From contig MHGF01000038.1 in NCBI GenBank assembly GCA_001805445.1, positions 4,912 through 68,911 on the forward strand: DNA of 64,000 nucleotides, given 5' to 3'. This document shows positions 1-10,574 of this stretch, one piece after another. Made by a program: the position numbers and the translations under genes. Numbering within the stretch: the first letter of the stretch is position 1; each line of letters starts with the position of its first letter. A model generated the notes under the pieces. That model ran no database searches and was not told the origin of the DNA. It saw nothing but the letters and a program-made list of their open reading frames with translations. The DNA is from Omnitrophica WOR_2 bacterium GWF2_43_52. Its GTDB lineage: Bacteria; Omnitrophota; Gorgyraeia; Gygaellales; UBA12090.

Positions 1-558
1 CAAAGAGGTAATGCCCATGCCTTTTACTGTCAAAAGACTTAAGAAACCCATCGTAAGAAAGATGGCCATTGGGTCATTGCTGCCGGATTCAAATTCCAGC
101 AATGGCTTCAAAGGCTTTTTAAGGCTTATCCTTTTCGATCTGAGAATAGCGAATACAGTGGCAGCATCAGTTGAAGAAACGATAGAACCAAGAAGCATTC
201 CTTCCAAAATTGAAAATTTCAGGATATAGACAGCGAAAAACCCAATAATAATGGCTGTAAGCAAAACTCCCAATGTCGAAAGTATCAATCCCGGTAAAAC
301 AACTGATTTTGTATCTTTCCAATTAGTATCAAAACCTCCGGAGAAGATAATAAAAATGAGTGCAACAACGCCGGTGGATTTCGCCAACTGGGCATCATCA
401 AAATAAATTTTCCCGATTCCTTCCGAACCAGCAAGCATCCCGATCGTCAAAAATAGCAATAAAACAGGAACGGCAAATTTATCCGAGAGTTTGCTGGAAA
501 CAACGCTCACAAATAGTAAAACCGCAATCCATAATATAATAGTTTCAAATGCCATAAT
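1..558 (-). CDS. Cation:proton antiporter (CPA1/NhaP-like), N-terminal part; the gene runs leftward beyond the window start
   Basis: The minus-strand reading from ATG at 556-558 gives MIMAFETIILWIAVLLFVSVVSSKLSDKFAVPVLLLFLTIGMLAGSEGIG..., typical of the NhaP/CvrA TM1-TM4 region. The ORF stays open to position 1. The plus-strand ORF 11-229 is its antisense. Confidence 0.55.
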   Translation of the reverse strand, partial: MMAFETIILWIAVLLFVSVVSSKLSDKFAVPVLLLFLTIGMLAGSEGIGKIYFDDAQLAKSTGVVALIFIIFSGGFDTNWKDTKSVVLPGLILSTLGVLLTAIIIGFFAVYILKFSILEGMLLGSIVSSTDAATVFAILRSKRISLKKPLKPLLEFESGSNDPMAIFLTMGFLSLLTVKGMGITSL

Positions 559-892
559 CATGCCTAATTATACTTCTTTTTCAATCTTACCTATAAATTT
601 TATATTGCCACTATTTTAATGTTACGTGGCAGTGCGTCCATCGGTTGGCTTCAAAACAGCGCTACGTGACCCGTCATTCTCGAAAAGCGCTTTAAGGAAG
701 CTCAACGTAGTCCTGTAGGACCGCACCCATCGGTTTGTCATAAATTTCTACAAAAACCCTCATGCTATAACTCTTGGTGAAACCAATTTCAAAATCGGCG
801 TTTCGAGAAATTCTCTAAGCGCAATTCCCCCGTTTCCCTCTATCAGCGTCTTTGCACGCGGGTACCGTTTTTTGAATGCACACAACCCCTTC

Positions 893-986
893 GAGGCGGA
901 ATCCCGACCGAACCGTTCCGACCAAAGCGTCGGAACTCCATCCGCGGCCTGAAGACCGCGGTTTTGAAGCGTCAGGATAAGAATAC
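893..986 (+). ncRNA. Repeat / candidate small structured RNA (copy 1), carrying an extra internal hairpin
   Basis: ggaatcccgaccga...ctccatccgcggcctgaagaccgcggttttgaagcgtcaggataa. Same terminator-like hairpin as 31236-31310. Confidence 0.4.
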
Positions 987-1038
987 GAAAAGCCTTTAGC
1001 GGGGTAAAATCGACCTGGGCAGGAAACCGTCAGTTTCG

Positions 1039-2073
1039 TTATTTCACAATCAGCTTCCCCTTCATCTTGCCATGGCCCATGCCGCAAAAAACACTGCAAT
1101 TGGTTCTAAATTCGCCTGTCTTATCCGCGATAAATTCAACCACCGCTTCTTTATCTGTCGGCATTACCAAATTTACCTTAAATTCAGGAATAGCAATACC
1201 ATGAGTTACATCTGTGCTTTTGGCGACGAAACGAATTTTTTCACCCTTTTTTACAACTATAGGGTCTGGCTCGAATTTAAACTTGGAAGCCTTTAACTCA
1301 ATAACCCTCACACCATTCTCCAATCTTCCGGAAAGACTCGATTCAACAGTTCCTGCCTTTTGCTCCTGAGGCGCGCTTGACGATTCTTTTACCTTTGCCT
1401 CTACTTTAACTGAAACCTCCGGGTATAAAGGGTCATTGCTGGCAATCATCACCTCACGAATCAAATCCCCCGCCTTTACACTTTTATGCGCCAGGTCTAA
1501 GATTACTTCTAAATCAGCGGTTTCATTCGGCTTTACTTCCATCTGCCATTCAGAAGGCGCGCCTTTAGTGTCAAAATACGGGCTTTTGCTGTTTCCCACT
1601 GCCAAAGAGGCAGTGGTACAGGTACACGATGCCTTTATATTTTTAATTAATAAACTAGCCGTACCTTTGTTGTAGAGCTTAAATACCTTGGTTACCTTGC
1701 CCTGGGCTTTATCAACCTGCCCAAAGTTAAACGCGGCCGGCTCTAAGATTATCTGCGGGCGGGTTTCACCTACTTCCGCAGTCAGCTTTTTTTCCAAAGT
1801 CTCCTTAAGTTGAGGGTCTAAAATGCTTCTTAGAGAAAACTTCTTGGCAACCTTATAGTAAATAGCTTCTTTAGGTACCTCTGTCTCTAACAACGCATCA
1901 ATGTATGCTTTCATCTCTTTGGCGTCCGGGCACTGGCATTCACTTAAAGCCATATTACAGCGGCGGTCGCGCAATTTAGAATAAATCTCCGCTTTTATAG
2001 CATCGTTGTTTTGAGCCCATGCAGATTGTGCTGTCAACATAACGGCTAAAAAGAACAAACTGACTTTCTTCAT
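1039..2073 (-). CDS. Secreted DUF1573 protein with a C-terminal CuA-type cupredoxin domain
   Basis: Signal peptide MKKVSLFFLAVMLTAQSAWA. ASCTCT motif typical of DUF1573. C-terminus THGIAIPEF...CSVFCGMGHGKM gives the H-C-x3-C-x3-H-x2-M ligand set of binuclear CuA centres (COX2 / N2OR-like). Confidence 0.65.
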   Translation of the reverse strand: MKKVSLFFLAVMLTAQSAWAQNNDAIKAEIYSKLRDRRCNMALSECQCPDAKEMKAYIDALLETEVPKEAIYYKVAKKFSLRSILDPQLKETLEKKLTAEVGETRPQIILEPAAFNFGQVDKAQGKVTKVFKLYNKGTASLLIKNIKASCTCTTASLAVGNSKSPYFDTKGAPSEWQMEVKPNETADLEVILDLAHKSVKAGDLIREVMIASNDPLYPEVSVKVEAKVKESSSAPQEQKAGTVESSLSGRLENGVRVIELKASKFKFEPDPIVVKKGEKIRFVAKSTDVTHGIAIPEFKVNLVMPTDKEAVVEFIADKTGEFRTNCSVFCGMGHGKMKGKLIVK

Positions 2074-2151
2074 CACACTACCTCCCATGTTAGAAATAAT
2101 ACGCGCGTCGTATAATCCATAGACTATAGACTATGGGCTATCGACTCTTAT

Positions 2152-2514
2152 TTATTTCTCCTTTTGCTTTTCCTCTTCTATTTTCTTGATATATTTTTGA
2201 GGGTCTTTCTTGAATTCATCAATGCACATCGCGCAGCAGAAATTATAGATGTTACCCTCGTATTCATACGTTGCCTTATTTTTTTCCTCTATTTTTTCGC
2301 CGCCTACAGGGCAAATTTTGTTCCCTACATTCACTGCTTCTTTTACGGCTTCTACAACCTCTATCGCGGGGGTATGTTCATGCGCGCCTGTATCCGCCTG
2401 CGCTATTGCGCTATGGTTTTCTTCTGCCTCTACGTACATCATCGCCAAAGACAATCCATTACTACCAAAAGTAATAATTCCGATAAATAACAATGCTGTT
2501 GCTTTCTTAAACAT
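2152..2514 (-). CDS. YHS/TRASH-domain metal-binding protein with signal peptide
   Basis: MFKKATALLFIGIITFG signal peptide. C-terminal CPVGGEKI...YEYEGNIYNFCCAMCIDEFKKDPQKY matches the YHS domain (CopZ/Cu-ATPase accessory type). Confidence 0.65.
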   Translation of the reverse strand: MFKKATALLFIGIITFGSNGLSLAMMYVEAEENHSAIAQADTGAHEHTPAIEVVEAVKEAVNVGNKICPVGGEKIEEKNKATYEYEGNIYNFCCAMCIDEFKKDPQKYIKKIEEEKQKEK

Positions 2515-2623
2515 ATGTATATCCTCCTTACGTGAGTAGTGAGTAGATAGTAGTAAGTACACTCTGTACACAGGACAATTATCTACTTACTACTATCTAC
2601 TCTCTACTTTTTTGTTGGGTAGT

Positions 2624-2710
2624 TTAACGTCGTACCCAGGACAAAATACCGCAGCCTTCTTTGCAGTGTGCAACAGGCCTCATCATCCAGCGGATAGTAT
2701 TGCGTGCCAT
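2624..2710 (-). CDS. Candidate 28-aa small ORF (MARNTIRWMMRPVAHCKEGCGILSWVRR), translationally coupled to the upstream DUF1622 gene
   Basis: Strong SD GGAGGTGA lies 7 nt upstream of the ATG. It ends just before a long hairpin. No homology recognised. Confidence 0.2.
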   Translation of the reverse strand: MARNTIRWMMRPVAHCKEGCGILSWVRR

Positions 2711-2725
2711 AGGATAATCACCTCC

Positions 2726-3052
2726 TTACGTTTTTTTTAATTCCTTAGTTAAGAAATAACTCAATATTGTCCTAATCACCACTACCGCCCCTAAGATAGC
2801 CAAGCTCTCCCAGGTAGGCGTAATAATAGTCTTGATGATATCTCCGGCAATAAAGAATTCCAGCCCCAACACCAGGTAACTACCTAAGGTAATACGGATA
2901 GGCTCATTAAGCCCGAGGGCATCTTTTTTCCCGGAGAATTCTTTTTTCAAAAATTCTCCTAACGCGATCACTACACCCCGAAGAGTAATTAAAGCGCCGA
3001 TGATATTTAAGGTAAAACTGATACCGTTAATAAGGGTATGAAAAGCATCCAT
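2726..3052 (-). CDS. DUF1622-family small membrane protein
   Basis: 108 aa, three predicted TM helices (MDAFHTLINGISFTLNIIGALITLRGVVIALGEFLKK...). Confidence 0.5.
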   Translation of the reverse strand: MDAFHTLINGISFTLNIIGALITLRGVVIALGEFLKKEFSGKKDALGLNEPIRITLGSYLVLGLEFFIAGDIIKTIITPTWESLAILGAVVVIRTILSYFLTKELKKT

Positions 3053-3094
3053 TTCCCCCTCCTCCCATGTTTATGCCTGGCATTATCTTATCTC

Positions 3095-4432
3095 CTATCT
3101 GCCCCACACAACCCACACCAAAAGATAGGCTGCAACTACCGCCACAAGCGTAAAAGGCAGGCCTATCTTCATAAAATGAGTAAACTTGACCGGATAGCCT
3201 TCTTTTTTCAGCAGGCCGCAGGCAACAATATTAGCCGACGCCCCAATTGGAGTAATATTGCCTCCTAAGCTCGCCCCGATAAGCAGGCCGAAAAGAAATA
3301 ACGAAGGATTGACCGCTAATTTACCGGACATAGTGATTGCTACAGGAAGCATTGCCGCTAAAAAAGGGACGTTATCCACAAACGCGGATAAAAAGACGGC
3401 GATAAAAACAAGCAAGGTATAGCCTAAGAATATATTTTCCCCCACAAGCCCTGAGAGGAAATGCGCGGTTGTCTCAATCCATCCGGTTGAGCTAATGCTG
3501 CCTACCAAAATGAAAATTCCTACCAAAAACAAGGTGGTCTCCCAGTCCAAAGATTTTATTCCCTCAATAATAGAGCCCTTATTGACAAGTTTTTCCCACA
3601 GGATTGCTATTATGCCAAACACTATACAAATGATACCCGCGGCATAGGAAAATCCCGTATCAAAAAAAGAGGACAACGCCAGCAAGACAATAAGGCTTAC
3701 TAAGAGTATTGTAGGGACCCATGAACGCACCTTTTCAACCGGAATAAGCGTAGTTTTTTCCCTAAGATTTCTAAAAATAAAATATAACACAAAAAAAGAG
3801 GCGATTGCCCCTAACTCAACCGCGAAGAAGATACTGGGGCGTCCCTTATAAAAAAAGAAGTCCCAAAAGGTCATCTTGGCAAAACCGCCTAAAAGCATAC
3901 TGGGAGGATCCCCAATCAGCGTTGCAACCCCTTGCAAATTGCTAGAGATGGCAATGGCAATCATCATATTCGTCGGGTTTATTTTTAGTTTTTTGGCTAA
4001 AGATAAGGCAATGGGCGCGACAATCAAAACCGTTGCCACATTCTCCACAAATGCTGAGATAAAACCGGCAAGCGCGCAGATTAAAAGTATTGACCAAGCG
4101 GTATTCTTGGCTTTATCAACGATTATCTCAGCGATATACGCGGGGACCCGGCTCTCCATAAAGATATCCGCTACCACTAATGTCCCGACGAATATCCCCA
4201 TCACATTCCAGTTAATGGCGAAGAATGCCTGTTGAGGGCTTATCACCCCTAATAAAACCAAAAGCAGCGCGGCCGTAACCGCAATATGCGTCCTTTTCTT
4301 GGGCAAGAAAACAAAAAGAATATACGCGCTGATAAAGATCAAAAGCGCCGTTGCCTTGGTTTCCATAAAACTCATCATAATCGTAACCAATATATTTAAT
4401 TCCAATGCGGGTTTGGAATTCCAAACCCGCAT
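3095..4432 (-). CDS. ArsB/NhaD (SLC13/DASS-like) anion permease
   Basis: 445-aa polytopic membrane protein with the duplicated repeat architecture typical of the ArsB/NhaD/citrate transporter superfamily. Start codon uncertain (an internal MMSFMETK is also possible). Confidence 0.6.
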   Translation of the reverse strand: MRVWNSKPALELNILVTIMMSFMETKATALLIFISAYILFVFLPKKRTHIAVTAALLLVLLGVISPQQAFFAINWNVMGIFVGTLVVADIFMESRVPAYIAEIIVDKAKNTAWSILLICALAGFISAFVENVATVLIVAPIALSLAKKLKINPTNMMIAIAISSNLQGVATLIGDPPSMLLGGFAKMTFWDFFFYKGRPSIFFAVELGAIASFFVLYFIFRNLREKTTLIPVEKVRSWVPTILLVSLIVLLALSSFFDTGFSYAAGIICIVFGIIAILWEKLVNKGSIIEGIKSLDWETTLFLVGIFILVGSISSTGWIETTAHFLSGLVGENIFLGYTLLVFIAVFLSAFVDNVPFLAAMLPVAITMSGKLAVNPSLFLFGLLIGASLGGNITPIGASANIVACGLLKKEGYPVKFTHFMKIGLPFTLVAVVAAYLLVWVVWGR

Positions 4433-4455
4433 TGGAATTACTTTGGTTTTATTTA

Positions 4456-7200
4456 CTAAAGCCCCTTTAAGAAATTCCGTTTTCTATTAATAAGCTTTAC
4501 GATCTCCATCGCCCAGAGAGGAAACGATGAAATGCCCACCACCAAAACCCAATCAAATATCCCTAAGGCCTCGGTTTTAAATATCTTTTGCAAAAACGGT
4601 ATATAGACAACCGCCATCTGCAGGAAAAACGATACGCCTGTAGCTAGAATAAGCTTCTTATTGGTGAATATCCCTATTTTAAACAATGATTCCGTCATAC
4701 TCCGGCAGTTATAGGAATGAAATAACTGGCTGCATGATAACACGATAAATGCCGCGGTACGCGCCCGTTCAATACCTTCTTTTTCAATAAACAGCACAAA
4801 GGTAAACGCCAGCAAACTGCAAAAGGCAATAAACGCCCCTTGCGCGAGCATCAAAAATGCCCTCTGCTTAGTAACCACCTTTTCATTGATTTTTCGGGGA
4901 GGCCTCCGCATAATGTGCGGGTCAACAGAATCAACCCCCAAGGCCAAGGCAGGAAAACCGTCGGTAACCAGATTAATCCAAAGGATATGGATAGGCAAAA
5001 GCGGTACCGGCAGCCCCACCAGGGAGGAAACAAACATCACCAGTATTTCTCCGGCATTGCAGGACAACAGGTAGTGCACAAATTTCTTGATGTTATCGTA
5101 GATGCCCCTGCCTTCTTCTACCGCCGCCACAATAGAGGCAAAATTATCATCGGTAATAACCATATCCGATACTTCCTTGGTCACATCGGTCCCGGTAATA
5201 CCCATAGCCACGCCGATATCCGCCTCCTTAACCGCCGGGGCATCGTTAACGCCGTCACCGGTCATCGCAGCGATTTCTCCTTTTGAGCGCCAGGCCCTGA
5301 CAATACGCAGCTTATGTTCTGGAGAAACCCTGGCGTAGACCGGTATCCTCTCTACCTCTTTAGCAAACTGTTCATCACTAAGCCGGTCCAATTCCTCTCC
5401 GGTGAGCGCCAAAGAACCCTCTTTAAAAAATCCCAATTCCTTAGCAATGGCTACCGCGGTATTCTTGTGGTCACCGGTAATCATCACGCTTTTTATCCCT
5501 GCCCGCGCGCATTCGGCAATCGCCTTTTTCACTTCTTCTCTGGGAGGATCAATCATGGCAATTAACCCCGCGAAGGTAAGCTCACGCTCAATAAGTGTTG
5601 CTTCATAAGCCCGCGGGGCCGTATCCAGCCTACTGTAGGCCACTGCCAAGACCCTCAGCGCGGAGTTAGCCAAATCGCTGTTTACCGTAAGTATTTTTTT
5701 TCTATCATCATCAGTAAGCGCGCGCGCGCTGCCTTTTTCTTCAATTGCCGTACAATCACCAAGCAAAATATCCGGCGCTCCTTTAACAAACGCGACTAAC
5801 CCTTCTTTATCTTTTCGCACGATGGTCATTTTTTTGCGCTCTGAATCAAACGGAATTTCTTCCGTAAAAAGAAATTGTTCTTCCAGCTTTTCTTTCCATA
5901 AACCGGCTTTCGCGGCCGCGCTTAAAAGCGCTCCTTCGGTAGGGTCACCGACAATTTTATAACCTCCGTTATTTTTTTGTAATTCCGCGCCGTTACAGAG
6001 TACCGCGCAGCGTAACGCCGTATGTAATCCGGGATAATCAACCGGATTCACCGCTTTTTCATTAAACAAAAAATCTCCCTTTGGCTCATAACCGACGCCA
6101 GTTACTTTTAATAAAGCGTTGTCAGCAGAAACTACCTGCACGGTCATTTCATTCTTGGTAAGGGTGCCTGTCTTATCCGAACAAATCACTGTGGCACAGC
6201 CTAAGGTTTCAACTGAAGGCAATTTTCGGATAAGGGCATGGCGCTTGACCATCCGCTGAACTCCAAGAGCTAAGGCAATGGTTACTACTGCCGGCAGGCC
6301 TTCAGGGATAGCGGCTACCGCGAGGCTTACCGCGATAAGAAATACATCAATAAGTTTTCCGCCGCGCAGCCACTCTAAAAGAAAAACCAAACCCACAAGG
6401 ATAAAACACAAATATACTATCCATTTCCCGAATTCCTCTAACTTCTTCTGTAACGGCGTGGCCTCTTCTTTTACCTCCTGAATCATCCCGGCGATTTTGC
6501 CTAATTCTGTCTGCATGCCGGTTTCACAGACCAGCGCCCTTGCCTTACCCGCGGCAACTGAAGTCCCCATATAGGCCATATTGGCACGCTCAGCTAAAGG
6601 TATTTCCTGCCTATCGGCCCCGCCAGCGACGGGGCTGACAGGCAGGCTTTTTCCTAAAGGTAAGATGGCCTTCAATACCGGAGTAGATTCTCCGGTAAGG
6701 CTAGCCTCCTGGGTCGATAAATTAGCCGTAAGCCATACAATGCGGCTGTCTGCCGGGATATTATCACCAGCCTCCAATGCAATCAGGTCTCCCGGAACCA
6801 ATTCGTGTGAAGCGATAACACCATGCTGGCCGTCACGGATAACCTTGGAAGTAGGCGAAGATAATTTTTTTAAGGCGGCCATAGATTTTTCCGCCCGGTA
6901 CTCCTGAACAAAACCCAAAATGGCATTAAGGATGACAATGACAATAATGGCAGACGCGTCAACCCACTCTTTAAGGAATCCGGAAACCAGGGCCGCGGCA
7001 ATTAAAATCCAGACAATAAAATTCTGAAATTGGCTTAAGAAAATACTAAAAGGGCTTACCGGCTTTTTCTCTTTCAGCTGGTTCGGCCCGTATTTCTGAA
7101 GCCTTGCACGCGCCTCATCGGATGCCAACCCAAGAGACGAATTCGCTTCTAATGTTTGCACTACTTCATCAATAGTAAGATGCCACCATTGTTTAGCCAT
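4456..7200 (-). CDS. Cation-transporting P-type ATPase, type II (Ca2+/Mg2+ type), not a Cu-ATPase
   Basis: DKTGTLT phosphorylation motif and [10 protein letters not shown] hinge. [11 protein letters not shown] in TM4 is the PEGLP signature of type IIA/IIB pumps. There is no CPC motif or HMA domain. Start taken at MAKQWW. Confidence 0.85.
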   Translation of the reverse strand: MAKQWWHLTIDEVVQTLEANSSLGLASDEARARLQKYGPNQLKEKKPVSPFSIFLSQFQNFIVWILIAAALVSGFLKEWVDASAIIVIVILNAILGFVQEYRAEKSMAALKKLSSPTSKVIRDGQHGVIASHELVPGDLIALEAGDNIPADSRIVWLTANLSTQEASLTGESTPVLKAILPLGKSLPVSPVAGGADRQEIPLAERANMAYMGTSVAAGKARALVCETGMQTELGKIAGMIQEVKEEATPLQKKLEEFGKWIVYLCFILVGLVFLLEWLRGGKLIDVFLIAVSLAVAAIPEGLPAVVTIALALGVQRMVKRHALIRKLPSVETLGCATVICSDKTGTLTKNEMTVQVVSADNALLKVTGVGYEPKGDFLFNEKAVNPVDYPGLHTALRCAVLCNGAELQKNNGGYKIVGDPTEGALLSAAAKAGLWKEKLEEQFLFTEEIPFDSERKKMTIVRKDKEGLVAFVKGAPDILLGDCTAIEEKGSARALTDDDRKKILTVNSDLANSALRVLAVAYSRLDTAPRAYEATLIERELTFAGLIAMIDPPREEVKKAIAECARAGIKSVMITGDHKNTAVAIAKELGFFKEGSLALTGEELDRLSDEQFAKEVERIPVYARVSPEHKLRIVRAWRSKGEIAAMTGDGVNDAPAVKEADIGVAMGITGTDVTKEVSDMVITDDNFASIVAAVEEGRGIYDNIKKFVHYLLSCNAGEILVMFVSSLVGLPVPLLPIHILWINLVTDGFPALALGVDSVDPHIMRRPPRKINEKVVTKQRAFLMLAQGAFIAFCSLLAFTFVLFIEKEGIERARTAAFIVLSCSQLFHSYNCRSMTESLFKIGIFTNKKLILATGVSFFLQMAVVYIPFLQKIFKTEALGIFDWVLVVGISSFPLWAMEIVKLINRKRNFLKGL

Positions 7201-10200
7201 CCGTGTCCCTCTTTGCAAAATCAACCTTCCAAATCACATAAAAAACCGGTATCACAATTAAAGACAGAATCAGGGCTGTAAACAGCCCGAAGATAATCGG
7301 CGCGGTATAGCGCTTTAAAAACTCCCCGCCAATGCCGCTGGCCCACATTGCCGGCATAAGCCCCAGGATATCCGCGGAGCAGGTCATCATTGCCGGCCTA
7401 AGGGCACGAGAGGCACCTTCGCTAATAGCCGCGTAAATATCTTCTTTAGCCTTTATTTTCCCCTCATTTTTGCGTTTGTCATACGCAACGGTAATAAAGG
7501 TAATAACAAGAGCGCATAAGGCCGCCCCGATGCCAATAACCTCCATCATCCCGGCATAGACGGCGATGGATTTATTAAAACCCAAAAGCCTGATGCTCCA
7601 GGCCGCGCCGATTGCGGTAAAAGGCATTGCCAGCATAATAAAAACAGTAGAAACAACTGACTTGAAATTAAAATAATATAATAGGAAAATAATCAAAAGT
7701 GTGGCAGGGATAAAAATACCCAGCCTCTTTTTCACCCGCTCCATATATTCATACTGCCCGCTCCATGAAAGCGAATATCCCGCGGGCAATTGCACCTTTT
7801 CCCGCACCGCCTTTTTGGCATCCCGGACATAACTGCCAATGTCACGGCCGGCCATATCCACATAGACATAGCCGGAAAGCATCCCGTTCTCATTCCTAAT
7901 CATTGCCGGGCCTAAGCTTACCTTAATATCCGCTAATTGCTCTAATGGCACCTGAGCCCCACTCTTGGTGGGAACTAAAACCCGCCTTAACTTATCCAAA
8001 TCATCGCGCAATTCCCGGGCATAACGCAGATTCACCGGATAACGCTCCCTGCCTTCAATGATAGTAGTGATATTTTCTCCCCCTACCGCCGACATTATCA
8101 CCATTTCGGCTTCCTCTATACTCAAGCCGTAACGAGCCAGCTGCTGGCGCTTTAAATCAAAGTCTACAAAGTACCCTCCCGCGGTGCGCTCGGCATAGAT
8201 ACTACGCGTACCCGGAACATCTTTTAACACCATCTCAAGATGCTCACCTACTTTCTCAATCTCTTTTAAATCCGAACCGAAGATTTTTATCCCCACCGGT
8301 GTGCGCACACCGGTAGTCAACATATCAATCCGGGCCTTAATCGGCATAGTCCAGGCATTGGTAGTGCCGGGAAACTGCATGTGATCATCCATCTCAGCAG
8401 TCAACTCTTCAAAGCTCATCGGCCGCTTGAAAGCAGGAAATGATTTTCCGAATAGAGGAACCTTTCTCCACTCTTCTCTGGGCTTCAAAATCACGGTAGT
8501 TTCCATCATTGAAAAAGGGGCAGGGTCAGTAGAGGTTTCGGCACGTCCGGCCTTGCCAAAAACCCTTTCTACCTCAGGGAAACTCTTTAAGATTTTATCC
8601 TGGGCCTGAAGCAGTTTAGAGGCCTCGGTAACTGATAAACCCGGTAAGGTAGTCGGCATATATAGTATGCTTCCTTCATATAAAGGCGGCATAAACTCTG
8701 AGCCTAATTTTAAAAAAACCGGAACAGTCACAGCCAAAACCGCGATTAATATCAAGACCACAACCTTACGACTCCTGAATGCCCAGGCGAGAACTTTTTT
8801 ATGGCATTTAGCCAGGAAGCGTGAGGCAAAATGTTCATCCAATGCCCGGGGTTTAGTCTTACGCAGAAATATCATAATTAAAGCCGGGACTAAAGTAATA
8901 GAAAGCACTGCCCCGAAGAAAACTGAAAATATCTGGGTAGCAGCCATAGGCCGAAAGAGCCTGCCTTCCTGTCCGACTAAGCTAAAAAGCGGCAAGAACC
9001 CGATAACCGTAACCATAAGCGATGAAAATATCGGTGCTCCGACCTCTTTCATCGCCTCAATCATTACCTGAGCGCGCTCACCATTGATCTTTCCTTCTCG
9101 CAGGTCGCATAACTTTGAATGGACATTTTCAACCAAAACTACCCCCACATCCACCATATCTCCTATAGCCAACACTATGCCCATAATTGACATTATATTT
9201 ACGGTAAGGCGCATCCCCAGCATCGGAATAAAGGCAATCAATGCCGCGGCCGGAAGAAGTAGTATCGGCATCATTGCCGAAGGAATATGCAAGAGGAAAA
9301 AAATAATCATTACCGCCACAATCAGGAAGTCTTCAATGAGGACCTCGCTAATAGTGTCAATTGATTTCTTGATTAAGTCAGTGCGGTCATAGGCGGTAAC
9401 TATCTTTACCCCCTTAGGAAGTGACGGCTCTATTTCTTTTAGTTTTTCCTTAACCCTTTTAATCACCTCTAACGCGCTTTCACCGTGGCGCATCACCACA
9501 ATCCCGCCTACGCAGTCTCCTTTGCCGTCTAATTCTGCCACGCCCCGGCGGATATCCGGGCCTAAGGAAACATTCGCGATATGCTTTATCAAAATAGGTG
9601 TTCCGCTTTTGGCATCCACTCCTACCACAATCTCTTCTAAATCCTTAACGGATTTAGCATACCCCCGGCCCCTGACCATATACTCAGTCCCGGAAAATTC
9701 CAATAGCCGGCCGCCCACATCATTATTGCCCTTACGGATGGCCTCTGCCACTTCAGTAATAGGGATGTTGTAAATCAGGAGTTTGTTAGGGTCAATGTTG
9801 ACTTGATACTGCCTGACAAAGCCGCCGACAGTAGCTACCTCAGCCACACCGGGAACACTCTGCAGGTAATAACGCAAATACCAATCCTGAAAGGTGCGCA
9901 GGTCAGCTAAAGAGTTCTGGCCGGTTTCATCCACCAAAGCGTATTGAAAAACCCATCCCACACCGGTAGCATCCGGCCCCAATTCCGTGCGCACACCATC
10001 GGGAAGACGAGAGGTGATTTTAGAAAGATACTCTAAGACCCTGCTCCTTGCCCAATAGATGTCAGTCCCGTCCTGGAAAATGACATACACATAAGAATAG
10101 CCGAAATCCGAGAATCCCCGAATGGCCTTAACCTTAGGCGCGCCCAATAAGGCAGTTACTATAGGATAGGTTACCTGGTCCTCCAGGATATCCGGAGAGC

Positions 10201-10372
10201 GGTCCCAGCGGGAATAAATGATGACCTGCGTATCCGAAAGGTCAGGGAGGGCATCCAAAGGCAAACTCTTTAAAGCCAAAGCCCCAGCCAGGACTGCCGC
10301 TATAACCAGGATAAAAACAATAAACTTATTCCTGGCGCAAAATTCTATAATCTTTTCAATAAAGGTTCTCAT
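7193..10372 (-). CDS. cusA: Heavy-metal efflux RND transporter, CusA/CzcA family
   Basis: 1059 aa. N-terminus MRTFIEKIIEFCARNKFIVFILV...DALPDLSDTQVIIYSRWDRSPDILEDQVTYPIVTAL is near-canonical HME-RND. Confidence 0.9.
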   Translation of the reverse strand: MRTFIEKIIEFCARNKFIVFILVIAAVLAGALALKSLPLDALPDLSDTQVIIYSRWDRSPDILEDQVTYPIVTALLGAPKVKAIRGFSDFGYSYVYVIFQDGTDIYWARSRVLEYLSKITSRLPDGVRTELGPDATGVGWVFQYALVDETGQNSLADLRTFQDWYLRYYLQSVPGVAEVATVGGFVRQYQVNIDPNKLLIYNIPITEVAEAIRKGNNDVGGRLLEFSGTEYMVRGRGYAKSVKDLEEIVVGVDAKSGTPILIKHIANVSLGPDIRRGVAELDGKGDCVGGIVVMRHGESALEVIKRVKEKLKEIEPSLPKGVKIVTAYDRTDLIKKSIDTISEVLIEDFLIVAVMIIFFLLHIPSAMMPILLLPAAALIAFIPMLGMRLTVNIMSIMGIVLAIGDMVDVGVVLVENVHSKLCDLREGKINGERAQVMIEAMKEVGAPIFSSLMVTVIGFLPLFSLVGQEGRLFRPMAATQIFSVFFGAVLSITLVPALIMIFLRKTKPRALDEHFASRFLAKCHKKVLAWAFRSRKVVVLILIAVLAVTVPVFLKLGSEFMPPLYEGSILYMPTTLPGLSVTEASKLLQAQDKILKSFPEVERVFGKAGRAETSTDPAPFSMMETTVILKPREEWRKVPLFGKSFPAFKRPMSFEELTAEMDDHMQFPGTTNAWTMPIKARIDMLTTGVRTPVGIKIFGSDLKEIEKVGEHLEMVLKDVPGTRSIYAERTAGGYFVDFDLKRQQLARYGLSIEEAEMVIMSAVGGENITTIIEGRERYPVNLRYARELRDDLDKLRRVLVPTKSGAQVPLEQLADIKVSLGPAMIRNENGMLSGYVYVDMAGRDIGSYVRDAKKAVREKVQLPAGYSLSWSGQYEYMERVKKRLGIFIPATLLIIFLLYYFNFKSVVSTVFIMLAMPFTAIGAAWSIRLLGFNKSIAVYAGMMEVIGIGAALCALVITFITVAYDKRKNEGKIKAKEDIYAAISEGASRALRPAMMTCSADILGLMPAMWASGIGGEFLKRYTAPIIFGLFTALILSLIVIPVFYVIWKVDFAKRDTDG

Positions 10373-10574
10373 GATTTATTTATAACATAGCGTGGATGCC
10401 AAGGTTGTGTTTGAGCAGGGCGTACGGAAATTTTTGCAGCTTGGCCGCCGAGCGGTAAGCGAGGCGTGCAAAAATTTACGCCGAGTGAGGCTTGCCGCAG
10501 GAGCAAGCCGAACGTCCCTGCGAAAATACAACCTTGGCATCCATGCCTTATCTGAAGAAATTTTCCATAATAAA

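Noticed and set aside
11-229. 72-aa plus-strand ORF at the window start
   Set aside because: Antisense to the NhaP-like antiporter coding sequence, which has a convincing membrane-protein translation.
815-1099. 94-aa minus-strand ORF
   Set aside because: It spans the GC-rich hairpin/terminator repeat element. It is Gly/Arg/Pro-rich with no motif and overlaps the 3' end of the cupredoxin gene.
4456-7224. Assumption that the P-type ATPase in the copper island is CopA
   Set aside because: The sequence has PEGLP, not CPC, in TM4 and lacks any N-terminal CxxC HMA domain, so it is called a type-II pump instead.
8427-9773. Several 60-134-aa plus-strand ORFs inside cusA
   Set aside because: Antisense to a near-canonical RND pump sequence. 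Typical shadow ORFs.
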